From Actinomycetes bacterium (GTDB lineage: Bacteria > Actinomycetota > Thermoleophilia > Solirubrobacterales > Solirubrobacteraceae): 64,000 nucleotides of DNA. Position numbers and translations under genes: made by a program. The notes under the pieces are model-generated. The model saw only the letters and a list, made by a program, of their open reading frames with translations, did no database searches and was not told the DNA's origin. Location: positions 6,144 to 70,143 of the forward strand of contig JBAXRO010000002.1 in NCBI GenBank assembly GCA_037131165.1. The letters are read 5' to 3'. Below are positions 25,774 to 34,623 of this stretch, piece by piece. The first letter of the stretch is position 1. The number at the start of each line of letters is the position of its first letter.

Positions 25774-27600
25774 TCAGGGAGTTGCGGGAGCTCCCCCTGT
25801 CTGACCGGTGCAGCCCTTGTAGGGGGCCGCGATCACGCAGCGCTCGAGCGGCTTGCCGAAACCGGCGGGCCATGCTCCAGGGCTTCCGTGAACGAAGAAA
25901 CGACCGTCGTGGTCACGGTTGTCGACCGTGTCCTCACCTGTCGGGTCGACCGCGCCAAGACCGGTGCCTCCCGAAGCAGCGGAATCATCGGCGAAGCTCA
26001 GCATCCAGAAGTAGGCGTCGCTCAGCTGGCCGGGCATCGTGGAGCTGTACTTCGGAGTCCCGGTCGGGTTGCAGGTCTGCCACTGGTTGGCGAGGGCAGT
26101 GACCTGCGGGAGGTTCCTCCCGATCTCCACCAACGGCTGACCGACCGGCGGCGTGTTGGCGTAAGTGCCAGAACCGCCGACGCAGTTGCCGGTACCGTCG
26201 TTGGAAGTGACGATGTCACGCCCGTTCCGGTTGACGTACGTCGTACCCGCCGTCGGGTTGAACCATCCCATCGAGTTGCCGAAGATCTTGTTCCACTTCG
26301 GGATCGCGGCCTGCTTCATGGTTCCGCAGTCGGCGCTTGTCGCGTTTGCCCCACCGCACAGCTTCTTCCAGTTGCCCGAGTCCTTGATCAGGATCTCAGG
26401 GTTGATCACCGCAACACCGGCGAGCTTGTTGCCCCAGATGCGGTTCTTGCTGACGTCGGTCTTCTGCGATCCGAACAGCAGCACGCCGATCCCGGGCGGG
26501 TAGGCAGCTCCACCACCGAGGCCACCGGCGTTCAGCGGGAACGGGGCACCCTTGAAGTAGTTGAAGTTGTTGGCGTAGATGTCGTTGTCGGTGTACTGGT
26601 TCTCGGCAGGCGGAGGCCAGTTCTCACCCATGGTGATGTTGGGAACGATGCCCATGCCGTTGTTGAAGATCCGGCTCTTGGTGATCGTCACGTAGCGGCT
26701 GTTCGTGCCCGAGTAACCGAGCTCGTTGCCCCACATCTTGACCCCGGCGATGTACGTGCGGCTCGCTGTGGTCTGCTTCGGGGTCTCCCCGATGTAGAAG
26801 GCGGAGTCGTTGTTGTAGTACGCCTCCGAGTTGATGAACGCACCACCCGCGCTGGTCCTGGCAAAGATGCCGTAGACGCCGCCGAAAGAGGCGGTGACGT
26901 TGTCGACCGTGAAGGTGTCGGCGTAGGTGTACTTGGTGCCTCCGACCGTGACCGTCTTCGTTCCGAAGCTCTCAGCCTTGCTGAGGGGCGCCTTCGGCTC
27001 GAGAACGGTGTTGGCCGTCTCCAGCTGGCGCCAGTACGACTCCGGCACGCCCGAGCGAACGATCCAGACGCCGTTGCCCTTGTAGTTGGTGACGGTCAGG
27101 TTCTTGACCGTGACGCCGACCGCTGCATCGATCGTGATCGCGTTCTCACGCGGAGTGACGCCGGCGTAAGGGCCGGATGCGATCGGGGACTCGGAGAGGG
27201 TCGCAAGATCGACTACGACCTTGGAGCGATCAGTGGAAGAACCCTGGATCGTCAGGCCGTCGAACTTGTGGCCCTGCGCGAGGACGAACTCGCGGTAGGT
27301 GCCGGGTGACACGGTGATGGTGAAGACGGACTTGTGCTTGGTCGCGTTTGCCGACCCGGCGTACTCGACCGCCTTCTGGATGGTGCTGAAGCAGTAGTTC
27401 TTGTCCGTCTTTGCCCTGGTGTCGTTGATCTTCGACGCGGGCGCCTGGCAGACGCTGAGCGACTTCTTCGACTTGCCCTTTGACGAATTCACCGTGCCGG
27501 GGTTCGCCGGCGGCTCGTAGGCCGATGCTGCCGGGGCGACCGCGAGAGCGGCGAGAGCCGCAAGCGCTGCCGCGCGGGTTGTCCTGCGTGTGTGGGTCAT
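25774..27600 (-). CDS. secreted right-handed parallel beta-helix repeat protein (pectate-lyase/NosD-like fold)
   Basis: ATG 27600 preceded by GGGAGGAA. Signal RRTTRAAALAALAALAVAPAASA. Repeated N/G/I/V-rich turns such as VKNLTVTN, NGVWIV, NNDSAFYIG, SRIFNNGMGIV, NDIYANN and NRIWGN. Several Cys pairs. Confidence 0.65.
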   Translation of the reverse strand: MTHTRRTTRAAALAALAALAVAPAASAYEPPANPGTVNSSKGKSKKSLSVCQAPASKINDTRAKTDKNYCFSTIQKAVEYAGSANATKHKSVFTITVSPGTYREFVLAQGHKFDGLTIQGSSTDRSKVVVDLATLSESPIASGPYAGVTPRENAITIDAAVGVTVKNLTVTNYKGNGVWIVRSGVPESYWRQLETANTVLEPKAPLSKAESFGTKTVTVGGTKYTYADTFTVDNVTASFGGVYGIFARTSAGGAFINSEAYYNNDSAFYIGETPKQTTASRTYIAGVKMWGNELGYSGTNSRYVTITKSRIFNNGMGIVPNITMGENWPPPAENQYTDNDIYANNFNYFKGAPFPLNAGGLGGGAAYPPGIGVLLFGSQKTDVSKNRIWGNKLAGVAVINPEILIKDSGNWKKLCGGANATSADCGTMKQAAIPKWNKIFGNSMGWFNPTAGTTYVNRNGRDIVTSNDGTGNCVGGSGTYANTPPVGQPLVEIGRNLPQVTALANQWQTCNPTGTPKYSSTMPGQLSDAYFWMLSFADDSAASGGTGLGAVDPTGEDTVDNRDHDGRFFVHGSPGAWPAGFGKPLERCVIAAPYKGCTGQTGGAPATP

Positions 27601-27632
27601 GTCGACCGTGTTCCTCCCTCTCCTTGGTTTCA

Positions 27633-28856
27633 TCACGCCTCCACGAGGTACCAACCGGCCATGCCGGCGTCCATGTGGGCCGCGACGTGGCAATGGTAAA
27701 GCCATCGCCCTGGGTTGTCTTCCTTGAACCGGGCGCTCAACGTCTCGCTCGGCCCCACTGTGGGGCTGTCCACGAGCATCCCGCCGCTGTCCGGCCAGCG
27801 GTGCCCGTGGATGTGGAAGGTGTGGAAATCATTGTTCGAGCCGAACACATGGATGTCGACCTGATCGCCGACCTTCGACTTCATCGTCGGCGTGTTGCCT
27901 GCGAAAGCCCGACCGTTGATCGTGTGGAGCATCTGGCCCTGACGGGTGACCGCGGGCGCGAAGCTGTGCAGGTGGAGGAAGTGCTCGGAGTCCGGCTTGG
28001 GTGCGTCCTTCTCGCGGACCACGATCGAGCCGAACAGGCCGCGGGCCGAGTTGAGCACGTGGTTTGGCCCGTGGTCGTGGTACGGCCATGCCCCGACGCT
28101 GGTCGGCAGGCACTCCCAGCGGTAGACGAACTCCTCGCCGGGGGCGACGAAGCCACCGGCCCGGGTGAAGTCCGCGAGGTAGATCCCGTCGTAGTCAGGC
28201 GTGTAGCGAACGCCGTGGGGATGCATCGTCAGTGGCTGCTCGAACCGATCGTCGGCATTGCGGAAGTGGACCTCGAGAACGTCACCCACCTCGGCCTCGA
28301 GCAACGGCCCGGGCATCTCGGGCTTGGCGACAGTGCCGTCCTCATAACGCTTCGGCCCGGAGAAGCCCGGCTCCATCTCTTGGTAGACGAGCGCCCAGAA
28401 CGGCCTGAACGATCTCTGCATACCCATCCATGTGTCGAAGCCGACACCCTTGCGCTTCTTGTTGGAGCCGATCAGGTCGCGGGTCGGGCCGAGCGGATCC
28501 CACAAGACCGGGGTTGCCTCGATCCAGTACTCGACGACCGAACCGCCCTCGGCCGGCTCGGGGACAGGGAAGACGCGATCGGCAGCGGGCGAGGACTCGT
28601 CGTCGCCCGCCGCGTAGGTGTCGACGATGTCCCAGCCGACCGGCCGGGAGGCCGGGGTGGCCGCAGCCTTCGGGCCTCGCCGGCCGGCCTTCGGCCGCTT
28701 GAGCGAGGCGGCGGCGGAGTCGAGCTTGTTGACGTCACGCTCGCTGAGGTTCGGCAGGTCCTTCGCCGTCACGGCGCAGAAGAGACCGGCGGCTCCCGCC
28801 CCAAAGCTCAGGAAATCGCGGCGGTCGATCCCACCCTTACGTCTCTCATCCCCCAT
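27633..28856 (-). CDS. Tat-exported two-domain multicopper oxidase (small-laccase-like)
   Basis: ATG 28856. The twin-arginine motif DRRDFLSFGAGAAG is present. All four Cu motifs are present: HPHG, WPYHDHG, HTFHIHGHRW and HCHVAAHMDAGM. The mature size of about 370 aa fits two cupredoxin domains. Confidence 0.8.
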   Translation of the reverse strand: MGDERRKGGIDRRDFLSFGAGAAGLFCAVTAKDLPNLSERDVNKLDSAAASLKRPKAGRRGPKAAATPASRPVGWDIVDTYAAGDDESSPAADRVFPVPEPAEGGSVVEYWIEATPVLWDPLGPTRDLIGSNKKRKGVGFDTWMGMQRSFRPFWALVYQEMEPGFSGPKRYEDGTVAKPEMPGPLLEAEVGDVLEVHFRNADDRFEQPLTMHPHGVRYTPDYDGIYLADFTRAGGFVAPGEEFVYRWECLPTSVGAWPYHDHGPNHVLNSARGLFGSIVVREKDAPKPDSEHFLHLHSFAPAVTRQGQMLHTINGRAFAGNTPTMKSKVGDQVDIHVFGSNNDFHTFHIHGHRWPDSGGMLVDSPTVGPSETLSARFKEDNPGRWLYHCHVAAHMDAGMAGWYLVEA

Positions 28857-29027
28857 CCTGAACCGGATCGTACACAGGGAGAGGCCTCCGCGCGCCGGAT
28901 GGCGCAGCGGCGCTCCTGACGGCCCGGGGGCGATAACGACAATCATTTTCGTCCTTGACCTGACTGGGTGATTGCGGGACTGGACAAGTGCCGCTTTCGA
29001 GTCCGGTCGCGGGTAAGCTTCCGCGCT

Positions 29028-29783
29028 ATGTCCCAGAAGTCAATGCGCTCAATGGCCATCGTCCTGCTGGCAGCACTGCTCGTCGGAGGCGTCTGCCTGA
29101 TGGTCCTCGACGTGGCCGGGGCTAAGCCGGCGAAGGCCGCGGCCGTCGCCGACATCGACGTGAGCCTGCTCGGCGACGAGAACGACGGCAACTACTTCTG
29201 GGAGGGGCAGAAGGAGGCCTGGGAGAAGGACGCAGACGCTCTCTCCGTCCAGTCCGGTCAGGCAAGGATCTTCTTCGTCTGGCCGCCGAACAACGGCTCG
29301 CACGACGTCAAGTTGCGCAAGTCGCAGAGCACGCCGGGCCTCACCTTCCCGGTCTCGGTCCTTCACCAGAACTACGGGACCGAGGACGAGCGCTGGCCCG
29401 CAGGGGGCTGGAAGCCCGGGAAGGCGGGCACGTACGCCCTCTACTGCTCGAAGCACACCGGCATGAAGATGCGCGTGATCGTCAAGGGCTTCGCGAGCCG
29501 GCTCGCGCCCGAGACCAAGCGAGGCACCGTCAAGCGGGGAGCGAAGGCCGTGTACTCGAACGTCCGGGCCAACGTCCCCGCCAGGGCCACCGTGCGGATG
29601 GTCGCCTGCCGCAACTCGAGCTGCTCAAGCAGCCGCGGCATCTACCGCAAGGACTTCAACCTCCGGGCAGGCAATAACCGCCTTCGCCTCGGACTCGCCA
29701 GCGGGCTCGCACCGGGCCGCTACCAGGTCCAGGTCGTCACCCAAGCCGAAACCTTGCGCTCGGGATTCGTCGTCAACCGCTGA
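29028..29783 (+). CDS. membrane-anchored/secreted type-1 copper (cupredoxin) protein with a C-terminal Ig-like extension
   Basis: ATG 29028. Hydrophobic anchor MAIVLLAALLVGGVCLMVL. T1Cu ligand pattern NGSHDV ... GTYALYCSKHTGMKMRV (H, C-x2-H-x2-M). Confidence 0.65.
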   Translation: MSQKSMRSMAIVLLAALLVGGVCLMVLDVAGAKPAKAAAVADIDVSLLGDENDGNYFWEGQKEAWEKDADALSVQSGQARIFFVWPPNNGSHDVKLRKSQSTPGLTFPVSVLHQNYGTEDERWPAGGWKPGKAGTYALYCSKHTGMKMRVIVKGFASRLAPETKRGTVKRGAKAVYSNVRANVPARATVRMVACRNSSCSSSRGIYRKDFNLRAGNNRLRLGLASGLAPGRYQVQVVTQAETLRSGFVVNR

Positions 29784-29970
29784 GCGCGAAGCGCAGGCGA
29801 TCGGTGACGGCGACCGCGTCGAAGTCAAGAGCGTTGGCGGCCGCCGAGACCTACCGGATCGCGGCCGACCCGACCGACATCCGCAGTCTCTGACCCCGGA
29901 GCGGGCAAGGCCCGCTGGAGCGAAGGAACCCCGAAGGGCGGCACCCAGCTGCCGCCATTCTCTTGGCCCG

Positions 29971-29995
29971 TGTTAGTATGTGAGTGCTTACTCAC
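29971..29995 (+). promoter_or_regulatory. extended -10 (TGtTAGTAT) overlapping an inverted repeat GTGAGT-gctt-ACTCAC; candidate TetR operator
   Basis: TG at 29971-29972, TAGTAT at 29974-29979, palindrome at 29980-29995. The site lies immediately at the 5' end of the tetR-MFS pair. Confidence 0.45.
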
Positions 29996-30612
29996 TTAGC
30001 CTGCCCGCCTTGCCTCAAACCCAATCGCATCCCACCACTCCGCCGAATGCCCGGACCGGGCGGCGCCGCACCCGCTCGACCGCGGCCGAACGACGCCGCG
30101 AACTCATCGAGGTTGCTCGCGCGCACTTCGCCGAGCGCGGCTACTTCGGCACCCCGACCCTCGCGATCGCCGAGGACGCCGGCATCAGCCAGGCCTACCT
30201 GTTCCGACTCTTCCCGACCAAGCAGGACCTCTTCGCGGCCTGCGTCGAGCGATGCATCGCCCTGACGAACGATGCCTTCGAGGCCGGTGCCGCCAAGCCC
30301 TTGGCGGGCGAGAGCCCGCTCGAGGCGATGGGCCGCGCCTACCGTGACCTCTTGTCGAGCGACCCGGCCGTGCTCCTCGGTCAGCTGCACGCGAACGCAG
30401 CCGCCCCGCGCGAGCCGAAGATCAGGGAGGCGATCCGCTCCGGTTGGGCCGACCTCTATTCAACGGTCGAGCGGATCTCCGGGGCCCAACCCGAGGAGAT
30501 CAAGGCCTTCTTCGCACACGGAATGCTGCTGAACGTCGTCGCGGCGGTCGGCTTCAACGAAATCAACGAGCCGTGGGCGATCGCCCTCGGCAGACAGGAG
30601 CAGGACTGCTGA
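29980..30612 (+). CDS. TetR family transcriptional regulator
   Basis: RRRELIEVARAHFAERGYFGTPTLAIAEDAGISQAYLFRLFPTKQDLF is a TetR HTH. The start is uncertain: GTG 29980 sits inside the putative operator and TTG 30010 is possible. Confidence 0.75.
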   Translation: MSAYSLSLPALPQTQSHPTTPPNARTGRRRTRSTAAERRRELIEVARAHFAERGYFGTPTLAIAEDAGISQAYLFRLFPTKQDLFAACVERCIALTNDAFEAGAAKPLAGESPLEAMGRAYRDLLSSDPAVLLGQLHANAAAPREPKIREAIRSGWADLYSTVERISGAQPEEIKAFFAHGMLLNVVAAVGFNEINEPWAIALGRQEQDC

Positions 30613-32105
30613 TGGCAACCACCGATCACACGGCAGCACTCGAACAGGCCGAGGTCGAGCTCCACGAAGAGCCGAAGGGTCACCCGGGATGGACGCTCGC
30701 CCTCGTCTCGATCGCCCTGTTCATGGTCACCCTCGACAACCTCGTCGTCGGGGTGGCGCTGCCGAGCATCCGCGAGGACCTCGGAGCGGGGCTCGAGGCG
30801 CTCGAGTGGACAGTCAACGCCTACACCCTCTCCTATGCCGTGTTCCTGATGCCGGCGGCGGCACTCGGCGACCGATTCGGTCGCAAGCGGATGTTCCTCC
30901 TCGGCATGACCGTCTTCACCGCAGCGAGCCTGCTGGCCGCAGTCGCGCCGAGCATCGACGCGCTCGTCGCCGCACGGGCAGTGCAAGGGTTCGGAGCGGC
31001 GATCGTCACCCCGCTGACCCTGACCCTGCTCGCCGAGGCTTTTCCCGGTGAGAAGCGGGGCCTCGCCCTGGGCATCTGGTCCGGGGTCAGCGGCCTCGGG
31101 GTCGCGCTCGGCCCAGTGGTCGGCGGAGCGGTGATCGAGGGCGCTGGCTCGTGGCAGTGGATCTTCGGCATCAACATCCCGATCGGGGTGGCGTTAATCG
31201 CCCTGACCGTCTGGAAGCTCGTCGAGAGCCGCGGCGAGACGAGGCCGCTCGACCTGCCCGGGATCGCCCTCGCAGGCCTCGGCCTGCTGGGAGTGACCGA
31301 CGCTGTCGTCCGCGGCGAGGGTGTCGGCTGGGGCGAGCCCGAGATCCTGATCCCGGGACTGGGCGGGGTCGCCCTGCTGATCGCCTTCGTCCTCTGGGAA
31401 CTGAGGACGCCCGAGCCGATGCTGCCGATGAGGTTCTTCCGCTCGCGCGGCTTCACAGCCACGAACATCGTCAGCTTCGCGATGTTCTTCGGGGTGTTCG
31501 GCTCGATCTTCTACCTCAGCCAGTTCTTCCAGACCGGACAGGGCTACAGCCCGCTCGAGTCCGGCCTGAGGACGCTGCCGTGGACGGCCATGCCGATCGC
31601 CGTGGCTCCGATCGCGGGCATCCTCAGCGACAAGGTCGGCCCGCGACCGCTGATGTCGCTGGGCCTCGCACTGCAGGCCATCGCGATCAGCTGGCTGGCA
31701 GTCGTCTCCGAGCCGACCACTCCCTACAGCTCGCTGATCCTGCCGTTCATCATCGCCGGCATCGGGATGTCGCTCGTCTTCGCTCCCGCAGCAAACTCGG
31801 TGCTCGCAAGCGTCCGCCAGAGCGAAAGCGGCCTGGCCTCCGGGGCGACCAACACGATCCGCGAAGTCGGCGGAGTGATGGGAGTCAGCATGCTCGGAGT
31901 GTTCTTCGCGGCGAACGGCTCCTACGACAGCCCGCAGGCCTACACCGACGGAGTCGTCGCCGCACTGCCGCTCGGAGCGGCAGTGCTCGCGATCGGCGCC
32001 GTGGCGGCACTGTTCGTACCGAGCCTGAAGGCGATGAGGGCCACCGCAGACGAACTCGCCGCCGAGGAGGCCTCCGAGAGGCGGGCCGCGGCCGAGGCTG
32101 GCTGA
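30612..32105 (+). CDS. MFS transporter, DHA2 (EmrB/QacA, 14-TMS) drug:H+ antiporter type
   Basis: ATG 30612 overlaps the tetR stop (TGATG). LDNLVVGVALPSI, LGDRFGRKRMFLLG and QGFGAAIVTP, with about 14 hydrophobic segments. Confidence 0.8.
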   Translation: MATTDHTAALEQAEVELHEEPKGHPGWTLALVSIALFMVTLDNLVVGVALPSIREDLGAGLEALEWTVNAYTLSYAVFLMPAAALGDRFGRKRMFLLGMTVFTAASLLAAVAPSIDALVAARAVQGFGAAIVTPLTLTLLAEAFPGEKRGLALGIWSGVSGLGVALGPVVGGAVIEGAGSWQWIFGINIPIGVALIALTVWKLVESRGETRPLDLPGIALAGLGLLGVTDAVVRGEGVGWGEPEILIPGLGGVALLIAFVLWELRTPEPMLPMRFFRSRGFTATNIVSFAMFFGVFGSIFYLSQFFQTGQGYSPLESGLRTLPWTAMPIAVAPIAGILSDKVGPRPLMSLGLALQAIAISWLAVVSEPTTPYSSLILPFIIAGIGMSLVFAPAANSVLASVRQSESGLASGATNTIREVGGVMGVSMLGVFFAANGSYDSPQAYTDGVVAALPLGAAVLAIGAVAALFVPSLKAMRATADELAAEEASERRAAAEAG

Positions 32106-32109
32106 ACGA

Positions 32110-34146
32110 TCAGCGCCTGACGTATGTGGCGGTCAGGCTCGTATCGCGGTCGGGCATCGTGACCTGCCTGCTCGCCGAGCGCGAGCCGTCCGACCACTTC
32201 GAGAAGCGGTAGCTGCGACCGCCGACCGTCGCCGTCTTCGGCACCGACAGAGCGGAGCGGAAGCCGACCGCGGTCGGGCGCGGGCCGGTCACGGTACGAC
32301 CCGCCCAGCCGATGTCGATGCCGGCGGGGCTGGTGGCGAGCCTCAAGGTCCGAAGCTTCGGGTCGACCCGCAAGGCCGAGGTTGCGGTCCTGCCCTCAAG
32401 GGTCGTGGCGGTGAGCCTGACCTCGTACCAGGAGTCGGCATCGTGATCGCGGGGGGTTCCGAAGCTGCCGACCGTCCCGTTGAAGCCGGTCAGGTAGTGC
32501 TCATGAGAGCCGTGGTGGAGGAGCACCGTCCAATTGAGGGCGCTCGGCCTGATCGGCACGCCGTCCACCGTTGCCGACCCGACGAGCCGGACGGTACCCC
32601 CGCCGACAGCCTTGGCCGTCGGCCCCGGCGAGGAGATCGTGACGGCCGGCAGGGCCAAGCCCACGTTGACCGGCAGCCAATCCGAACCGGACTCGTCGCC
32701 GTCGGAGACGGTGACTCGGACTTGGTACGAGCCCGGGACCGAATAGGCGTGGGTCGGTGTCGCCTCGGTCGAGGTGGTGCCGTCGCCGAAATCCCAGAGA
32801 TAGCTCAGCCCCGCCGAGTCGGCGTCCGCAACACGGGAGTCGAACCTCGCCGACAGCCCGTCCACGGTGACCTTCGGGCGGGGCCATGGCCTCTGCCCCC
32901 CGGCAGCGGGCCCGAGGACCCAAACCCGCCCGGGCTCGAGACCGTTCGCAGTGAAGCCGGCCTCGACCAGGGCGACTCCGCCGCCGGGCCCGCCGGTGAC
33001 GTCGACGACGGCATCGAGATTGGAGAGCAGCGGCGTAGTGCCGAGGCCGGGCTTGGCGAGGTCGAGCAGAGCGAGCGTGCCGACTGCGTAATCGCCGAGC
33101 ACCAGGCGTCCGCTCATCTCCGCCGGCCATGAGCCGCCGAGCAGCGGGCCCGCCATGATCGCGCCGCCGTTGGGGCCGTGGGCGTACTCGAAGAGCGGTC
33201 CCGTCTGGGACCCGGGATCGACCGCCCGGCAGGCGGAGCGGTTGGAGTAGCCCGGGGTCGGGTGGTTGCCCTCGCGGCACGGCCAGCCGTAGCTGCGGCC
33301 CGCCTCGGCGAGGTTCAGCTCTTCCCAGGCCTCAAAGCCGACATCGCCGACAGCCACCCGGCCGTCGGGCAGCAGGCTGAAGCGGAAGGGATTGCGAAAG
33401 CCCTTCGACCAAACCTTCGTGCACGAGCGCCTGAGGTCGGTGACCGACCGGCAGAAGCGATGACCGGGAAGGCCGCGACCGTTGCGGTCCACTCGGAGGA
33501 TCGCCCCGCTCATCACGTTCGGATCGAGCGCCCTCATGATCGTCGAGGAGGTGGAGCCGGGGGTGACCCCGTCGCCGACCCCGACCCAAAGGGTGCCGTC
33601 GGACCCGGCCCGGACCGTGCCGATGCTGTGCGAGAAGCCATCGGATGGGATGCAATCCACCGACAGCCCGGGCTTAGGGCATGACTTGAGGCTCGAACTG
33701 CCGAGAATCACGCGCTCACCGGAGACCACGCTCGCCCCAGCGCCAACGGTTATCCGCGTCAGACGGTTGACCTTCGGATCGGCGGTGCGAGAGGGATCCG
33801 GGTCGTAGGTGTACAGCAGGTAGAGGAACCCGTTGCTGGCGAAGTCCGAGTCGGTCGCGATCCCGAGGAGGCCGCGATCGACGTGGGTCGCGACATGGCC
33901 GGAGATGTCAGCCAACAGCCTCGCGCGCGGCGCCTCGCCCGGAAGGACCACCTTGACGGTCCCCTGCTTCTCGGCGACGAACACCCGGCCGTCCGGAGCG
34001 AAGGCGACCGCGGTCGGGGCTTGTAGGCCGCTCGCGACCGTCCTCGCCTCGAGGGTCGGCGGGATCGAGGGGGCCGCAGGGGCCGTGGAGGGCACCAGTG
34101 CGAGGGCGACGAGAGCCGCCAAGGTCGGGACTGAAGCTCTCCTCAT
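32110..34146 (-). CDS. secreted PQQ-dependent sugar dehydrogenase-like beta-propeller protein with a PKD domain and C-terminal extension
   Basis: ATG 34146. Signal VPTLAALVALALVPSTAPAAP. GLQAPTAVAFAPDGRVFVAEKQG, GLLGIATDSDF..LYLLYTY and GFRNPFRFS. PKD-like YLWDFGDGTTS..HAYSVPGSYQVRVTVSD. Confidence 0.7.
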   Translation of the reverse strand: MRRASVPTLAALVALALVPSTAPAAPSIPPTLEARTVASGLQAPTAVAFAPDGRVFVAEKQGTVKVVLPGEAPRARLLADISGHVATHVDRGLLGIATDSDFASNGFLYLLYTYDPDPSRTADPKVNRLTRITVGAGASVVSGERVILGSSSLKSCPKPGLSVDCIPSDGFSHSIGTVRAGSDGTLWVGVGDGVTPGSTSSTIMRALDPNVMSGAILRVDRNGRGLPGHRFCRSVTDLRRSCTKVWSKGFRNPFRFSLLPDGRVAVGDVGFEAWEELNLAEAGRSYGWPCREGNHPTPGYSNRSACRAVDPGSQTGPLFEYAHGPNGGAIMAGPLLGGSWPAEMSGRLVLGDYAVGTLALLDLAKPGLGTTPLLSNLDAVVDVTGGPGGGVALVEAGFTANGLEPGRVWVLGPAAGGQRPWPRPKVTVDGLSARFDSRVADADSAGLSYLWDFGDGTTSTEATPTHAYSVPGSYQVRVTVSDGDESGSDWLPVNVGLALPAVTISSPGPTAKAVGGGTVRLVGSATVDGVPIRPSALNWTVLLHHGSHEHYLTGFNGTVGSFGTPRDHDADSWYEVRLTATTLEGRTATSALRVDPKLRTLRLATSPAGIDIGWAGRTVTGPRPTAVGFRSALSVPKTATVGGRSYRFSKWSDGSRSASRQVTMPDRDTSLTATYVRR

Positions 34147-34299
34147 CAGCGCTACAAGGGTAATCGCGCCCGATGGGCCGGGCGCAGGTCGGACTCGGAG
34201 CTGCGGGATTCCCGCGACGAGCGAACGTAGGGATTCGGGTGGCGGCCCGGAGCGCAATCGGGCAGATTGGTCATGGACTCCCCGGAAGCACTTGCCCCC

Positions 34300-34506
34300 A
34301 TGACCTCACTCTCGATCCAAATTCCGACGCACTTGGCAGTCAGGCTCGACCGGATTGCCGCCGAGCGCCGCACGAGCCGCGAGGCACTCGCCCGCGACCT
34401 CCTGGCGGGCGTCGTCGACCGGGAGACCGAGCGAGTCGCCAGCGAACTGAGGCGGATGCAGTTCCGTCGGCGCAGCGCTCCGGTCGCCTACGGCAACGGC
34501 CGCTGA
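34300..34506 (+). CDS. ribbon-helix-helix (CopG/MetJ-type) DNA-binding protein
   Basis: MTSLSIQIPTHLAVRLDRIAAERRTSREALARDLL gives the beta-strand plus two helices of an RHH. Alternative starts are 34267 and 34273. Confidence 0.55.
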   Translation: MTSLSIQIPTHLAVRLDRIAAERRTSREALARDLLAGVVDRETERVASELRRMQFRRRSAPVAYGNGR

Positions 34507-34623
34507 GCGCCGTCAGTCGCCTCGAATCGAGCCACGCCAGCGGCGATCGTCTTCACTCCGGCCGTCAGGGCGGAGCGGCAGATCGCGAAGGCCGCCGCGA
34601 TCACAACGCGGTCGGCAGCCGGC

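Noticed and set aside
26500-27480. Lower-GC stretch with few shadow ORFs inside the beta-helix gene, considered as possible foreign DNA
   Set aside because: Third codon positions remain G/C-rich (aac, ttc, aag, tac...). The dip comes from an Asn/Tyr/Phe/Lys/Ile-rich amino-acid composition, not from atypical codon usage.
34507-34623. Toxin gene partner downstream of the RHH gene
   Set aside because: The 117-nt gap has no ORF of useful length in any frame, so no toxin-antitoxin system can be called.
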